From contig NC_042998.1 in assembly GCF_006345805.1 (NCBI RefSeq), positions 34,224,001 through 34,288,000 of the forward strand: a stretch of DNA of 64,000 nucleotides, read 5' to 3'. Shown here one piece after another: positions 25,956 through 38,367 of the stretch; the first letter of the stretch is position 1, and the number at the start of each line of letters is the position of its first letter. The DNA comes from Octopus sinensis (lineage: Eukaryota). A model generated the notes under the pieces. It did not search any database, had not been told where the DNA came from, and was given only the letters and a program-made list of their open reading frames with translations. The translations under genes were made by a program, and so were the position numbers.

Positions 25956-26792
25956 TGATTTCTCATTTTGGTATACAAAGCCGGAAATTCAAAAGAGAAC
26001 TTTTAATTTTATTGACTTCCATACTGGATTGCTACTTATTTTATCAATCCTGGAAAGATGAAAAGTAAAATCAACTTCAATAGGATTTGAATTTAGAATG
26101 TAAATGTCTCTAATGAAATTCTGTCAGGTATTTTGTTTGATAATACAACAATGGAAAGACAATGCCGGTATTTTTAATATTGATTGGTTTCTTATAGATT
26201 AAGGTTCTAGAACAAAGATTAAAGTGACATTGAGTCAAAGAATACTGGAACTCATTTCTGATTCATTTAAAATTAACGCCCTCATGTGTAACACCTATCT
26301 GCTACAACCCTCACATAACCCCTGTCCCTGAGCCTCTCCAATATCTCACTTCATCATTTGCCTTTGTTACCTCTGCTTATTCTCACCACCTCCAATGTCC
26401 CTTGAGAGCATGCTCCAACACATCTTTGCCACCATCATCTCTCACTATTGCTCTCTTTATCTTCCTCACTGACACACCCACTTCCTTTATCTTTTTACTC
26501 TAACCCACCCACTCACCCTCCTTTCTTTTCCAACAGGAGTATCCATGTATCTACTTTACAGCAGGACATGGCACAGAACCACCACTCCCTTCACTATTAC
26601 TCCTCCTGCCCAGCTGAGGAGGTTTTTGTCTTACAAGTTACTCGGTGACCCTATCAGTGCTGGTGCCACATAAAAAGCTCCCTGTACCCTCTGTAAAATG
26701 GCTGGTGTTAGGAAGGGCATCCAGCTGTAGAAACCATGCCAAAACAAGCAATGGAATCTCATATTGTCCCTGGCCTTACTAGCTCCTGTTAA

Positions 26793-27063
26793 TTCTTATT
26801 TCTTTACTGCCCAGAAGGGGCTACACACAGAGGGGACAAACAAGGACAGATAAACGGATTAAGTCAATTATATTGACCCCAGTACATAACTGGTACTTAT
26901 TTAATCGACCCCAGTACATAACTGGTACTTATTTAATCGACCCCGAAAGGAAGAAAGGCAAAGTTGACTTCGGCGGAATTTGAACTCAGAACGTAGCGAC
27001 AAATGAAATACTGCTAAGCATTTCGCCCGGTGTGCTAACGATTCTGCCAGCTCGCTGCCTTAC
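26793..27063 (-). mobile_element. tRNA-derived SINE family B (Meta-domain-like) inserted into a family C element
   Basis: Reverse complement contains GAGTTCAAATTCC B-box and TTTGCCTTTCTTCCTTTCGGGGTCGAT; flanked by the 20-bp direct repeat GCCTTACTAGCTCCTGTTAA (26773-26792, 27057-27076); further copies near 27680, 32340, 35830, 39000, 39240, 43095, 59420, 62870. Confidence 0.8.
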
Positions 27064-28459
27064 TAGCTCCTGTTAAACCATCCAATTCATGCCAGCATGG
27101 AAAACTGATGATGATGATTACACTTTGTGAATGTCTTTTGGAAATGTATGAACATCACTACATCCCATTCTCTTCCAGTATAAATGTAAAACATTACTTT
27201 TAGGAGAAATAAACTCATTGAATTCATCCTTAGGTACCAATTTTTATTATAGAAATTGTCCAATTTTTCTTATTTTATATGCTGGTCTTAATTTTGGAAC
27301 TTCTCGACATAAAAAATAAAAATTGAAATTTGAAATATCCCTTCTGTTCATTAATTTTCCATTATGTTAGATTAGAATTTCAAAAGAAATATTCACCACG
27401 AAATTATATTTATAGCAGAAAAGTAAAAATAAAACTCAATTACATTTTGAAATTCCTTAGAGATATTTCTCGTTTTGAATTTCATGTATATATTACATAC
27501 AACTTTTCTCATTTCAACCAGCAGACATAATTAACCACCATATGAACTCTTTGTTACCCTATTTCTGTTGAAATACAGTTGTTGTATTATTATTTTTTTT
27601 TTCAGTTAATTTGGAAAACAAAGAAGCATGTAGCAAAATTTGTCATTATTAACCTGATGCTGGCAGAATGCATTAAGATGCTGGAAAAAATTCTTAGCAG
27701 TATTTTTTCCATCATTACATTTTAAATTCAAATGCCACTGGAATTGTCTTTGCCTTTCAGGGTTGATAAATTAAGTACGAGTTGCATACTGGGGTTGATC
27801 TAATTGACTGGCTCTCTCCCCACAAAATTCCGGGCCTTGCACCTAGAGTAGAAAATAATAAAATAAGTACCAGTTACACACTGGGGTTGACGTAATCGAC
27901 TTAACCCCTGCCTCAAAATTGCTGGCCTTGTGCAAAAATTTTGAAGCCATTATTAGACTGATGTTTTGAACATAAGTTGACATGAAATTTTAATTGAAAG
28001 TTTTATTTTAAAACCGAAAGTGTGTAGCAGAGATTAGAGATGGTGTGATGTCCAAAAATACTCTTAAGATGGTCTTTATATTTACCAAGATTTTTATTTT
28101 TAAAATCGTTTTGAAGTTGTAGTTAGTAAGTTGTTGTTTAGTTAAGGTCAGCCTTGACTAAGCAGATTGAAGATTTCTGTTATAGCTAGCTGGTCTTTCT
28201 TTCAGGTATTGCATACCTAAGATTACATTATCCAATGTAACCATCTCTTTTCAAGATGTCAGTGATTAATTCAAGGACGATTTGGTTACTATCTTTACCA
28301 TGTAGAAAAACCTATATTTGTTTAACCTTCATCTACCAAGAGGAACCAATGAAAAAGCTACAAAGTGGTCGTACAACCTGTTAGAAATAGCAGTCAAATT
28401 ATTCTCATATCACAACTTACCATCCTCTGATACATCAGATAATGGAGTCTAAGATACAC

Positions 28460-29170
28460 TTTTATCAGTTCTCAAATTTGTGGTCCAGCAAAACTGCCTC
28501 TTTTTGTTTGATAATACAAATAATATAATATAATTAATATGGAAACACAACAAAGGCATTTCAATGCTCCTATATCTCTGTCAAAACCTTTTATAAATCT
28601 TTTTTCTACTTCGTAAATTAATGGAAAACATTTTGTATAACTGTTCTTCGATCTACTAGAACTGTAATAACATTCCAAAATCCTTGTAAAAATTTCTAGG
28701 TTCCCAATGTGTGAGTCAGCCACACTGCAGACATAGAAAACATGGTTAGTTTGTATAAACACCTTGAAGTCTGAGTGCCATTACTTTAAGATTAACCACA
28801 GACCAATGAATTGTACCCAAGATAATTCGATATTTTTAGCAGAGTTCCAAGCTTTCATTTGTTTCAGACATCTGCACAGAATATTCTATCAGCTTGCTGG
28901 ATACAAATGGTCTATTATGCAATAACACTGCTTTCATGCTTCTCTTTGAAGAATCAGTTAACAGCATCTCTGTTATTTGCTTTGTATAAAACTCCACCTT
29001 ATTTAGTTACACCTTTTATATTTTACAGTAGATTAGTTCTTCCTGCCAAAGAATTCTAGAAAGTATTTCACATGATAACAATGCAAAGTTTCTTTAGCAA
29101 AGAAATGTTTCCTTCCACCTTAATTTTCTAAACCAATATTTTAGAAATATTGTGCAAAGATATAAATTTT
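28460..29170 (-). pseudogene. Chapaev3-like (CMC superfamily) DNA transposase fossil
   Basis: Hand translation LLTDSSKRSMKAVLLHN..EYSVQMSETNESL..NLKVMAL.LQGVYTN*PCFLCL and RFIKGFD..KRGSFAGPQI match Chapaev3 motifs FIDSSKxSLKAVLLHN / GDLKV..LQ.GYTK.PCFLC / EGIFVGPQI; stops and frameshifts present. Confidence 0.75.
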
Positions 29171-30735
29171 TATCATTTCAATTTAATGTGAAGAAAATGT
29201 TGGTGCTGGCTAACCAACCACACAGTCTGGGGTTCAGTTCCATTGTGGGGTACCATAGGGAATGAGTCATTTACCAATATACCCAGCTGACCAAAGCCTT
29301 GTGAGTGGATTTGGTATAGAGAAACTGAAAGAAGCCTGTAGTGTATGTGTGTTTCCTTGTCTTGGTATCATGTGATAGTTGTAAGCTGGTGTCACTCATA
29401 CAAACAGTTTCATTCATTTACAGTTCTTTATAAAGCCATGTTGTGCCAAGGAGAAATATTACCTTTGATGGAAACAGGTGAGGGTTGGCATCAGGTGGAG
29501 GTATCAGGGCATAGATTCCATCTGACTCAAAAGATTTCATCTGACTTATGTAAGCATAGAAAAGTGGACATTAAAATGATGACAATGACAACAGTAATGG
29601 AAATCTTCATTATAAATAATAATTTGATCTTATTACATATTATCATTAATCATTATTCTGTTATTTGTTTCAGTCATTTGACTGTAGCCATGCTGGAGCA
29701 CTGCATTTAGTCAAGCAAATCGACCCCAGGACTTATTCTTTGTAAGCCTAGTACTTATTCTATCAGTCTCTTTTGCCGAACCATTAACTTACGGGGATGT
29801 AAACACACCAGCATCGGTTGTCAAGCGATGGTGGGGGGACAAACACAGACACACAAGCATAGACACACACACACACACATATATATATATACATATATAC
29901 GACGGGCTTCTTTCAGTTTACATCTACCAAATCCACTCACAAGGTTTTGGTTGGCCTGAGGCTATAGTAGAAGACACTTGCCCAAGGTGCCACGCAGTGG
30001 GACTGAACCCTGAACCATGTGGTTGATAAGCAAGCTACTTACCACGCAGCCACTCCTGCACCTAATCTAAATTTAGACAGGCTGGTTAAAAATCCAAAAG
30101 AATTTATAAAAACAATTTACCAAGAAAAGCATTCGAATGCAGATCAGTTCCCATCATAATTTTTAGAGCCTTCAAGATTAATGGAAGGACGTTGTCATCA
30201 GATGGTTTTTGGTCAGTAGGTTTGCAAAAGAAAGAATTCTGCTGGCAGTGCTAGATGGCAATGATTTTAGTCTCTCAACTGAGGACAGAAAGTGTTTCCC
30301 TGGGAGGATTCAGCACAGTCTCCATGTAACAAGATTTGATTGATCTTAGGTTTCTTGTAGAAAATACTTTCCCAAGATGTTGCTCAGTGGGCTTAAACCC
30401 AAGCCATATTTTTGTAAAGTGAACTTCTTAAGCTCACAGCCAAACCTGTAACCACATAGGAATAAGACACAAAGTTGACTAGAGCAAGATTTAAATTTAG
30501 ATCTGTGTGCTACAGTGATACCTCACAATACGAGTACAATTCATTCCATGACTGAGCTTGTCTTACGATTTACTCGTTTTGCAAATTAATTTTCTCCATT
30601 GAAATTAACTAAAATATAATTAATCTGTTCTCACCTCCAAAAAACCACTTAACCCTTTCATTACTGTGATGGTGACAATGTACTAGGGTATATTCTCAAG
30701 GAGGGTGACAGTACAATTTTCAGTTGTTCATTTAA

Positions 30736-30957
30736 CCCTTTCGTTACCACATTTCTGTTGAGATGCTCTGTGTTTCTTTCAATTAGTTTTAAATATAACA
30801 AAGAATTTAGTAAAATAAATCAGTTACCATTAAGCTAGTGTTAGGAACATAAATTGTGACTAAGGTTTTGGTGGAAGATTTTAATTCAAAACTTATGAAA
30901 ACAAGACATTTGTACTCAGAGCCAGAAGTGGTTTCAGCCGGGTTGGTATCAAAAGGG
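30736..30957. mobile_element. piggyBac-like MITE (TTAA TSD)
   Basis: TTAA|CCCTTTCGTTACC...GGTATCAAAAGGG|TTAA. Confidence 0.8.
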
Positions 30958-31330
30958 TTAAAAATAAATTTTTATGAGTTTTAAAACAGAAAAGGTATAG
31001 TTACAAGTAAAATGACAATTATAAAAAAGAGAATGCATAAGGAATATGTAAATAGGTTTTATTAACTGATTTACCTTAGAGATGGGACGATTTGTGTGCT
31101 CATACTGCAGATTTCCGCTCGTATTTCAAGACAAAAATTTGCATGAGTCTTGGCTCATACAGCAAATTACTTGGACAACGAGGCACTTGTACAGCGAGGT
31201 TCTACTGTATTTCATTCGACGTTGTAAATTATATGTAAGATGGTTGTATTGTGAGGTATTATGCTTAATATTTGATGTTGGTGGAAAACAAAAATGTCTT
31301 TCTCGGGTTGCATGTGAAAATAATAACAAC

Positions 31331-31710
31331 GAGTGGCTGTGTGGTAAGTAGCTTGTTTACCAACCACATGGTTCCGGGTTCAGTCCCACTGCGTGGCACC
31401 TTGGGCAAGTGTCTTCTACTATAGCCTCGGGCCGACCAAAGCCTTGTGAGTGGATTTGGTAGACGGAAACTGAAAAGAAGCCTGTGGTATATATGTATAT
31501 GTATATGCATGTGTGTGTTTGTGTGTCTGTGTTTGTCCCCCTAGCATTGCTTGACAACCAATGATCCCCGTTACTTAGCGGTTCAGCAAAAGAGACCAAT
31601 AGAATAAGTACTGGGCTTACAAAGGAATAAGTCCCGGGGTCGAGTTGCTCGATTAAAGGCGGTGCTCCAGCATGGCCACAGTCAAATGACTAAAACAAGT
31701 AAAAGAGAAG
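31331..31710 (+). mobile_element. SINE family A
   Basis: Near-consensus head, core and tail. Confidence 0.85.
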
Positions 31711-31982
31711 CTTTATTTATTGCACATGCTGTTTTCTGTGTAGGTCTTGGTATGAAAACTGACAGAGACCCTTACACACTGGGTGAGACATACTGCTGGA
31801 ATCTACGACAAAGTAACTGGCATGTATCAATCTGTGGATGGACCATCACAGTGGGAAAATAATTGCACTATACTCAAGAAGACAAAATCTTCTAAACTGC
31901 CATGAGAACGGAGACATCGGGGCACTGCTTCAGCATTCTGGAGTAGCTGCCAAAACAACAAGCATTTGTATATAGAGCTTAA

Positions 31983-32203
31983 CCCTTTCGTTACTGTATT
32001 TATTTTGAAATGACCTGTGTTTCTTTCAATTATTTAAAATATAATAAAGAATTTAGTAAAATAATGAAGTTATCATTAAGCTAGTGTTAGGAACATAAAT
32101 TGTGACTAAGGTTTGGTGGGAGATTTTAATTCAAAACTTATGGAAACAAAACATTTGTACTTCAGAGCCAGAGCCGGTTTCAGCTGGGTTGGTATCAAAA
32201 GGG
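31983..32203. mobile_element. piggyBac-like MITE, same family as 30736-30957
   Basis: TTAA on both sides, same TIRs. Confidence 0.8.
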
Positions 32204-32234
32204 TTAAGAATTGTTTCTCTATTATATATTTTAA

Positions 32235-32683
32235 CCCTTTCGTTACCACATTTCTATTGAGATGCTCTGTGTTTCTTTCAATTACTTTAAATATTATAAA
32301 GAATTTAGTAAAATAACGTAGTTATCATTCATCTAGGTAGCAAACTGGCTGACTCATTAGCACACTGGGTGAAGTGCTTAGTGGTATTTCATCTACTGTT
32401 GTGTTCTAAGTTCAAATTCCACTGAGGTCGAATTTGCCTTTCATCCTTTCGGGGGTCAATTAAATAAGTACCAGTTATGCACTGGGGTCTAATGTAATCA
32501 ACTTAAATCCTTTGTCTGTCCTTGTTTGTCCCCTCTATATTTAGCCCCCTGTGGGCAATAAAGAAATAATTCAGCTAGTGTTATAACATAAATTGTGACT
32601 AAGGTTTGGTGGAAGATATTAATTCAAAACTTATGAAAACAAGACATTTGTACTCAAAGCCAGAGCCAGTTTCAGCCAGGTTA
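32235..32683. mobile_element. Same MITE family interrupted by a family B SINE (~32335-32570)
   Basis: MITE sequence resumes at AGCTAGTGTTATAACATAAATTGTG. Confidence 0.75.
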
Positions 32684-33767
32684 ATAAGAAAGTTCTAGAA
32701 AGTTCTAGAAAGTCATAAATTGGTGCTAATTGGCTGATCACATGAAACAACTGTGGCTTAGCCATGATGTTTACTCAGCTACCTTGTGATTTTATTTCAT
32801 ATCTGCTACAGTTGTTTTAATTATTTGTTGCAAGCTTCATAAACTTCTTGTTGACAATTAATAGAGTACCAAAGTGGATTCTCTGTAACATCAATTGCTA
32901 TGTTTTATCCGTGGGATCAAATCAACTGTGAACAATTCTGTCTATTTATTCCTCCCAGACTTTTTAAAATAAGTATCAGATACATAATAAAGCCAATTCA
33001 ATTAAATGTTCTTCCTTTTATTTTACAGAATCTACCCTTGTACTGAAGATATAAATCAATATTCCCAAATTGGTATTCATTGAAATGTTGTTTATTTCGT
33101 ATTAATTTATCTTACATTACATAAAACTGCTCGTCATTCTTTTAATATATCAATATGAGTTTATATTGAAGTATGGTATCAAAGAATAACATCAATTTTA
33201 ACATACATATATAATTCCTTTGAACTCAGTTCTTAACTATTAGTGGAACATTATAGCTTTGCCTATATTTTTACTACTTTTTTTGGTAAACTATAACATT
33301 TCCTTTCTGATTCTCTTAAAACTATTTCACAAACAACTAATTTCCAAGTAAGTAATAAGAATGATTTGTTTTGATGGTCACAGCTGCTAATGTCAATGGA
33401 GTGTCAATGATCTGACCAGAGAATCAACAGTTTGTTAACATTACTGGTACTGCATTATAAACTTGACAAAAATATTGATCTTTCGGTTTCCCAATCAACT
33501 TGTCTGTGATAAGATAGCACAGTGTATGGTGTAAAGGTGAAGGGTCTGGGAGATATTCTTTTATTCATTTACTTGCTTCAGTTGCAAGACTTTGGCCATG
33601 CTGGGGTACCACCTTAAAGAATTTTAGTCGAGTGCTTATTCTATCAGACTCTTTGCCAAATTGCTATGTTATGAGGATATAAACACACCAACACCAGTTG
33701 TCAAGTGGTGGGGGGGGGACAAACATAGATACACACGCACATATACATACATAATAAGGGTAAACAT

Positions 33768-33801
<34 letters not shown>

Positions 33802-34583
33802 TATACGATAGGCTTCTTTCAGTTTCCGTCTACCAAATCCACTCACAAGGCTTTGTTGGCCACAGGCTATAGAAGAAGACATTTGCCCAAGGTGCCACAC
33901 AATGGGACTGAACCCGGAGCCATGTGGTTGGTAAGCAAGCTATTTACCGCACAACCACTCCTATAATTTATATCTTTTATATGTCAGAGAACTTTTACTG
34001 TTTCCATCAACCAATAATTTTTGTTTCAACCATTCTCTTATATTTCTAATATAATTTTCTTCTTCATCAGGAATTCATCTTACACTTTAATGCTGTCATC
34101 TGCCGCATCATTAGGGCTAAGCAAAGAGTCACCCATGTCCACCAGTTAATTCTCTTTTTCCTCCTCTAGAAACAGACTGCAGCAGTATAAATATCCAGTC
34201 ATTGCATAAGCTGGTAGATGAGTTTTAGCATTGTTGCTGCTGTGTCTGTTCACAGAGACAACTGCTGATGTTTGTACTTGCTGACCACTAGACATTTCCA
34301 CTTAGCCTTTCACTTGTTGCAAAATCTTACATTATTACACTAATTTGTTTCCTTTTTATTACATACTGGCATCAAAGCTGCATTCCATGTGGACTTTTAA
34401 ATTAGCTCATGTGGAGGGCTAATTGGGCCTGTGACTCAAAACTAAAGAGAGAGATAATAATAAAGCATTTATTGGTATCTTACCAATATGGTAATACTTT
34501 AAATTCGGTTTAAATGACAACTTGTAAGTTCACAAATTTTTGGAGTTCTTTTGGAATTTGAATAGAAGATATATATACATATA

Positions 34584-34997
34584 GGAGTGGCTGTGTGGTA
34601 AGTAGCTTGTTTACCAACCACATGGTTCCGGGTTCAGTCCCATTGCATGGCACCTTGGGCAAGTGTCTTCTACTATAGCCTCAGGCCGACCAAAGCTTTG
34701 TGAGTGGATTTGGTAGACGGAAACTGAAAGAAGCCCGTCGTATATATGTATATATGTATGTGTATGTGTGTGTGTTTGTATGTCTGTGTTTGTCCCCCTA
34801 GCATTGCTTGACAACCGATGCTGGTGTGTTTATGTCCCCGTCACTTAGCGGTTTGGCAAAAGAGACTGATAGAATAAGTACTGGGCTTACAAAGAATAAG
34901 TCCCGGGGTCGAGTTGTTCGATTAAAGGCGGTGCTCCAGCATGGCCGCAGTCAAATGACTGAAACAAGTAAAAGAGTAAAAGAGAGAGAGTAAAGAG
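34584..34997 (+). mobile_element. SINE family A, reference (near-intact) copy
   Basis: A-box TGGCTGTGTGG, B-box GGTTCAGTCCC, core GGCACCTTGGGCAAGTGTC, internal (TA/TG)n, tail GGTGCTCCAGCATGGCCGCAGTC..(GTAAAAGA)n; roughly 30 copies or fragments in the window. Confidence 0.9.
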
Positions 34998-35700
34998 TAT
35001 ATATATATACACGTGTGTGTGTGTGTGCATGTGTTTGCATGTGTGTCTCTGTGCATATATAGGTGTGTGCATGTGTGTGCATGCATGTATGCATACATGT
35101 ATGTGTGTGCATATATATATGTGTGTGTGAGTGCGTGTGCATGTGTGTTTGTTTGTCCCCCCACCATCACCACCTCTTGACAACCAGTGTTGGTGTGTTT
35201 GCATCTCACTAACCTAGCGGTTCAGCAAAAATGACTGATAGAGTAAGTACCAGGCTTAAAAAGAAAACAAGGAAATTAGTTCTCATAATGGCTAACCTCT
35301 GGACGTTTGACTACGAACACTGCAAGGTGGTGCTCCAGCATGGCCACAGTCTAATGAGCGAAACAAGCAACAGATAGAAAATACTAACTCTTCTCTACTT
35401 CTCTCTCTCTCTCTCTCCCTCTCTCATCCACTCTCATCCTTCCCCTTTCTCTCTCTTTCTCAGTCTCTCTCACAGACTCTCTGAACCAGCTTCACTATGC
35501 TTTGGTAGGGTCATGTGGAACCCAGTCACTGTGTTCTTTGCTTCCAAAGGATGGAGGAAGGATGAGTGAATGGCTCATCATCTGTTCTTATCTCACAGTC
35601 TACTAAAATAGTCTAAAGGAAACCAGAGATAGAGAGTATGGATTGACAGATTTCCTCTATGGCGCAAAACAGTTTCAAAAAAGTATATAGTTGTGTAGAT

Positions 35701-36207
35701 CAGTGGTTCCCAAAGTGGTTAGTACTGCCCCCTTGGGGGCGGTGGAAAGATCTAGTTGGGGAGGTGTTGAAGAAAAGTGGGATGATAATGGGGTAACCAA
35801 AATGGTGTGGTAGATGTAAAAAAAATATTCTTTTCTATTCTAGGTACAAAATTTTGGGGGAGGTTCCAGTCGATTAGATCGACCCCGGTACACAACTGGT
35901 ACATAATTTATCAACTCCAAAAGGATGAAAGGCAAGGTTGACCTCGGCAGAATTTGAACTCAGAACGTAAAGACAGATGAAATACTGTCAAGCATTTTGC
36001 CTGGTGTGCTAACAATTCTGCCAGTTCTCTGCCTTAATAAAAAATATTAATAAGTTAATTAGGCTTAAGTTTTATTTGTGAAATACAGTTGTTTTGAATT
36101 TGCTGCAGAAAAGTGGTCTATGTTTGTGGTAGGGAGGGTGAGGGGGTGCTAGGAATGTGGCCTGGGTGCCAAGTGGGTGGCAACCTGCAAAAGTTTGGGA
36201 ACTACTG
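35701..36207. mobile_element. hAT-like MITE carrying a nested family B SINE
   Basis: TIRs CAGTGGTTCCCAAA / TTTGGGAACTACTG; 8-bp flanks GTGTAGAT / ATATAAAT (5/8 identical, all differences G/A). Confidence 0.6.
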
Positions 36208-36566
36208 ATATAAATAGTATTAACCCTTTCAATACCAGCCAATCCATTCAAGACCCTTCCTGCACCCATCTTGCCAACCTACACAAATGGCTGCATTTGA
36301 ATTAAATTTTCACCCAAAATTCTGCCACAAGAATTATTGCTCTGTTATTCACTTCCACTTCTTCACGCACAGTTAGATGCTGGCACAAATCTACAGAATA
36401 ACAAACTGGAGATTGGCTAATTGACTTTAAAAAAAAATTAACAACAGGCTGGAGGTTGGTAATCAATATATTACTTAGCTACATCTGGATGTGTGTAGGT
36501 TCATTTTTGATAAAATGCTCATGTATTGTTTATAACCAAAAAAAAAAAAAACCAAGAGAAGAAAAG

Positions 36567-36692
36567 TGTGGGATGACGTCAGCAGCTGGAGAGCTGACCG
36601 GAACTTGGGGCTGACCGGAAGGGGCAGCAGTGACGCACGCGCAGCAAGGGCAGGATTCTGCCTTTTTCAGTGAGATTGCCGAGCGGGTAAGA
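36567..36692. promoter_or_regulatory. CpG-rich promoter-like cluster: CRE palindrome, two ETS-type sites, possible splice donor
   Basis: TGACGTCA 36574-36581; GCTGACCGGAA twice (36593, 36610); CGG|GTAAGA at 36686/36687. Confidence 0.45.
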
Positions 36693-37344
36693 CAGGTCAG
36701 CACGTTGTTAAGGTTTGGGAGAAGCATGCTGCTATCTCTAGCATTCGGGTTGGACTGTGTTGAAGGATCCATTACCGCTGAAGGGTCTCCATCTGAGCGA
36801 AGAGAAGGTAGGTGCCTTTATTTCAAATCACTCGCATACACCACAAAAAGGGGAAGGGAAAATAAGGGAAGCTGCACGTATAACACATAACTTAGAAGCA
36901 GTGCTACGGATGTGCGAGCACAAACGAGATCGGGACATGGCCGACCTCATGAGGAATTCCAGAAGGAGCTTCATGAGACCAGTGCTGAGATACTTCCGAA
37001 AAAACAAAGAAAAGCCGTAGGAAAACTGATTATAGCAGCGACTCCATCAATTCCTAGGGATATCTGAAGAAGGAATTTTATTCCAAAATATCATCAGACT
37101 ATGGATGACTAGGAAGGAATTGCAACTGTGTTTCGTGGTCTGCTCCTTTATAGGATCCAGTTAGCTCAAGACATCATCAGGAGGAACCACGTTCGGTTTC
37201 GGCCCCTACTCCTCTACCATTTTGACGTGGCGGGGTCCCCCCTTTTGGAGGTGTCTTCAGCTCTGGTGTTGGGTGCATGTCTTCTTTCTTCTTCTTTCTT
37301 CTGTTCCCTGGCCTCTTCGATGTATCGTCAGCAAGTGTCAGCCG

Positions 37345-37380
37345 GTGACTGACTGTCTTGTCAAATTTTCCCTTTAAATA
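37345..37380 (-). promoter_or_regulatory. TATA + Inr core promoter candidate
   Basis: Minus strand TATTTAAA starts at 37380; TCAGT Inr has its A at 37350, placing TATA at -30. Confidence 0.5.
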
Positions 37381-37398
37381 CCTGCTGCATAGGCTCCA

Positions 37399-37605
37399 GC
37401 AGGCAGCCCCAGCAAGTTGTCACGTGACACTATCTCACCTTAACTGACTAGTGAAGGCATGTAGTTTTAGCCTGCGCTTTTTCTAAACGACCGTCACCTG
37501 ACAGGCAGTCCTAGCAAGTTGTCAAGTGACACTGTCTCACCTTAACTGACTAGTGAAGGTGCGTAGTTTTAGCCTGCGCTTTTTCTAAACGACTGTCACC
37601 TGTCA
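37399..37605. repeat. 102-bp tandem duplication upstream of the TATA box, first copy with E-box GTCACGTGAC
   Basis: AGGCAG..AGCAAGTTGTCA at 37401 and 37503. Confidence 0.9.
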
Positions 37606-37776
37606 GTCAGCTTGTCTCACCTAATGATGTTATTTCCCGTCGGTGTGTTTATGACATTCAAGCCATTTTCGGTCTTCCCGAACAACAGTTATTATAGTCC
37701 ATTGTTTGTATTAAAGTGCATTGTTGTGTCATTCAAACTATTTTATTCTTTTCTCACCTTTGTAAATATATATCAG

Positions 37777-37830
37777 GTGTGAAGATTTGAGTGGGTACAA
37801 TACTAGACAGTCGTCATTTGATACTTACAG
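37777..37830 (+). CDS. Candidate 54-nt exon (CEDLSGYNTRQSSFDTY), product unknown
   Basis: Pyrimidine tract + CAG| acceptor, CAG|GTAATT donor, only one open frame (phase 2/2); no homology recognised. Confidence 0.2.
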
Positions 37831-38367
37831 GTAATTTCATTGTTTGAAATTGATGTCATAAATGGACTAATTACTATAGAAATGAAGTTTGAGCCAATTT
37901 TCTTGGCAACATCATTATAAGAGTAATGGAAAAATGAATTCAGACAGAGATTGATTTGTTTGCTGTGGAGATCCTTGCCACTGGCTCTGGCATCTTGTAA
38001 TATAAACATTTAGCTGCAGATATGCACCCTGGGTTGTTTTAATGAGTGACAACCAAGACTGAGCTTGGCCTTTATGCCGGTGGTTTGTCATTATGAGAAC
38101 AATGAATAATGAATAATGAATTATCATGAATTTGTACAATAACAAGATTCTGAGGTATTCTTTGTTCTGTTTATTGTAATAATTATTTTCTGTCATAAAA
38201 ATTGAACTCTTTGATATTATTTTGTAGTGTGGCATGAGATTAAAAGATGTAATTCACATACCTCATGGGTCCTGTCATAACATCAATCCTTTCCAACCGG
38301 GATGTCCCTCTGTGAGCCCTACATACCAAACCTCTGGCCAAGAACTAAACAGCAAATTCCCTCAACT

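Noticed and set aside
26330-26640. Strong polypyrimidine tract with CAG acceptor at ~26536
   Set aside because: Continues directly into a family C/RTE 3' UTR variant, so most likely repeat-derived
34060-34310. Protein-like minus-strand stretch and + strand acceptor at 34169
   Set aside because: Multiple stops, no recognisable motif, weak donor
36567-37687. Solo LTR call for the CpG island
   Set aside because: TG and CA termini can be picked, but I found no matching 4-6 bp TSD, PBS or PPT; left as an open finding
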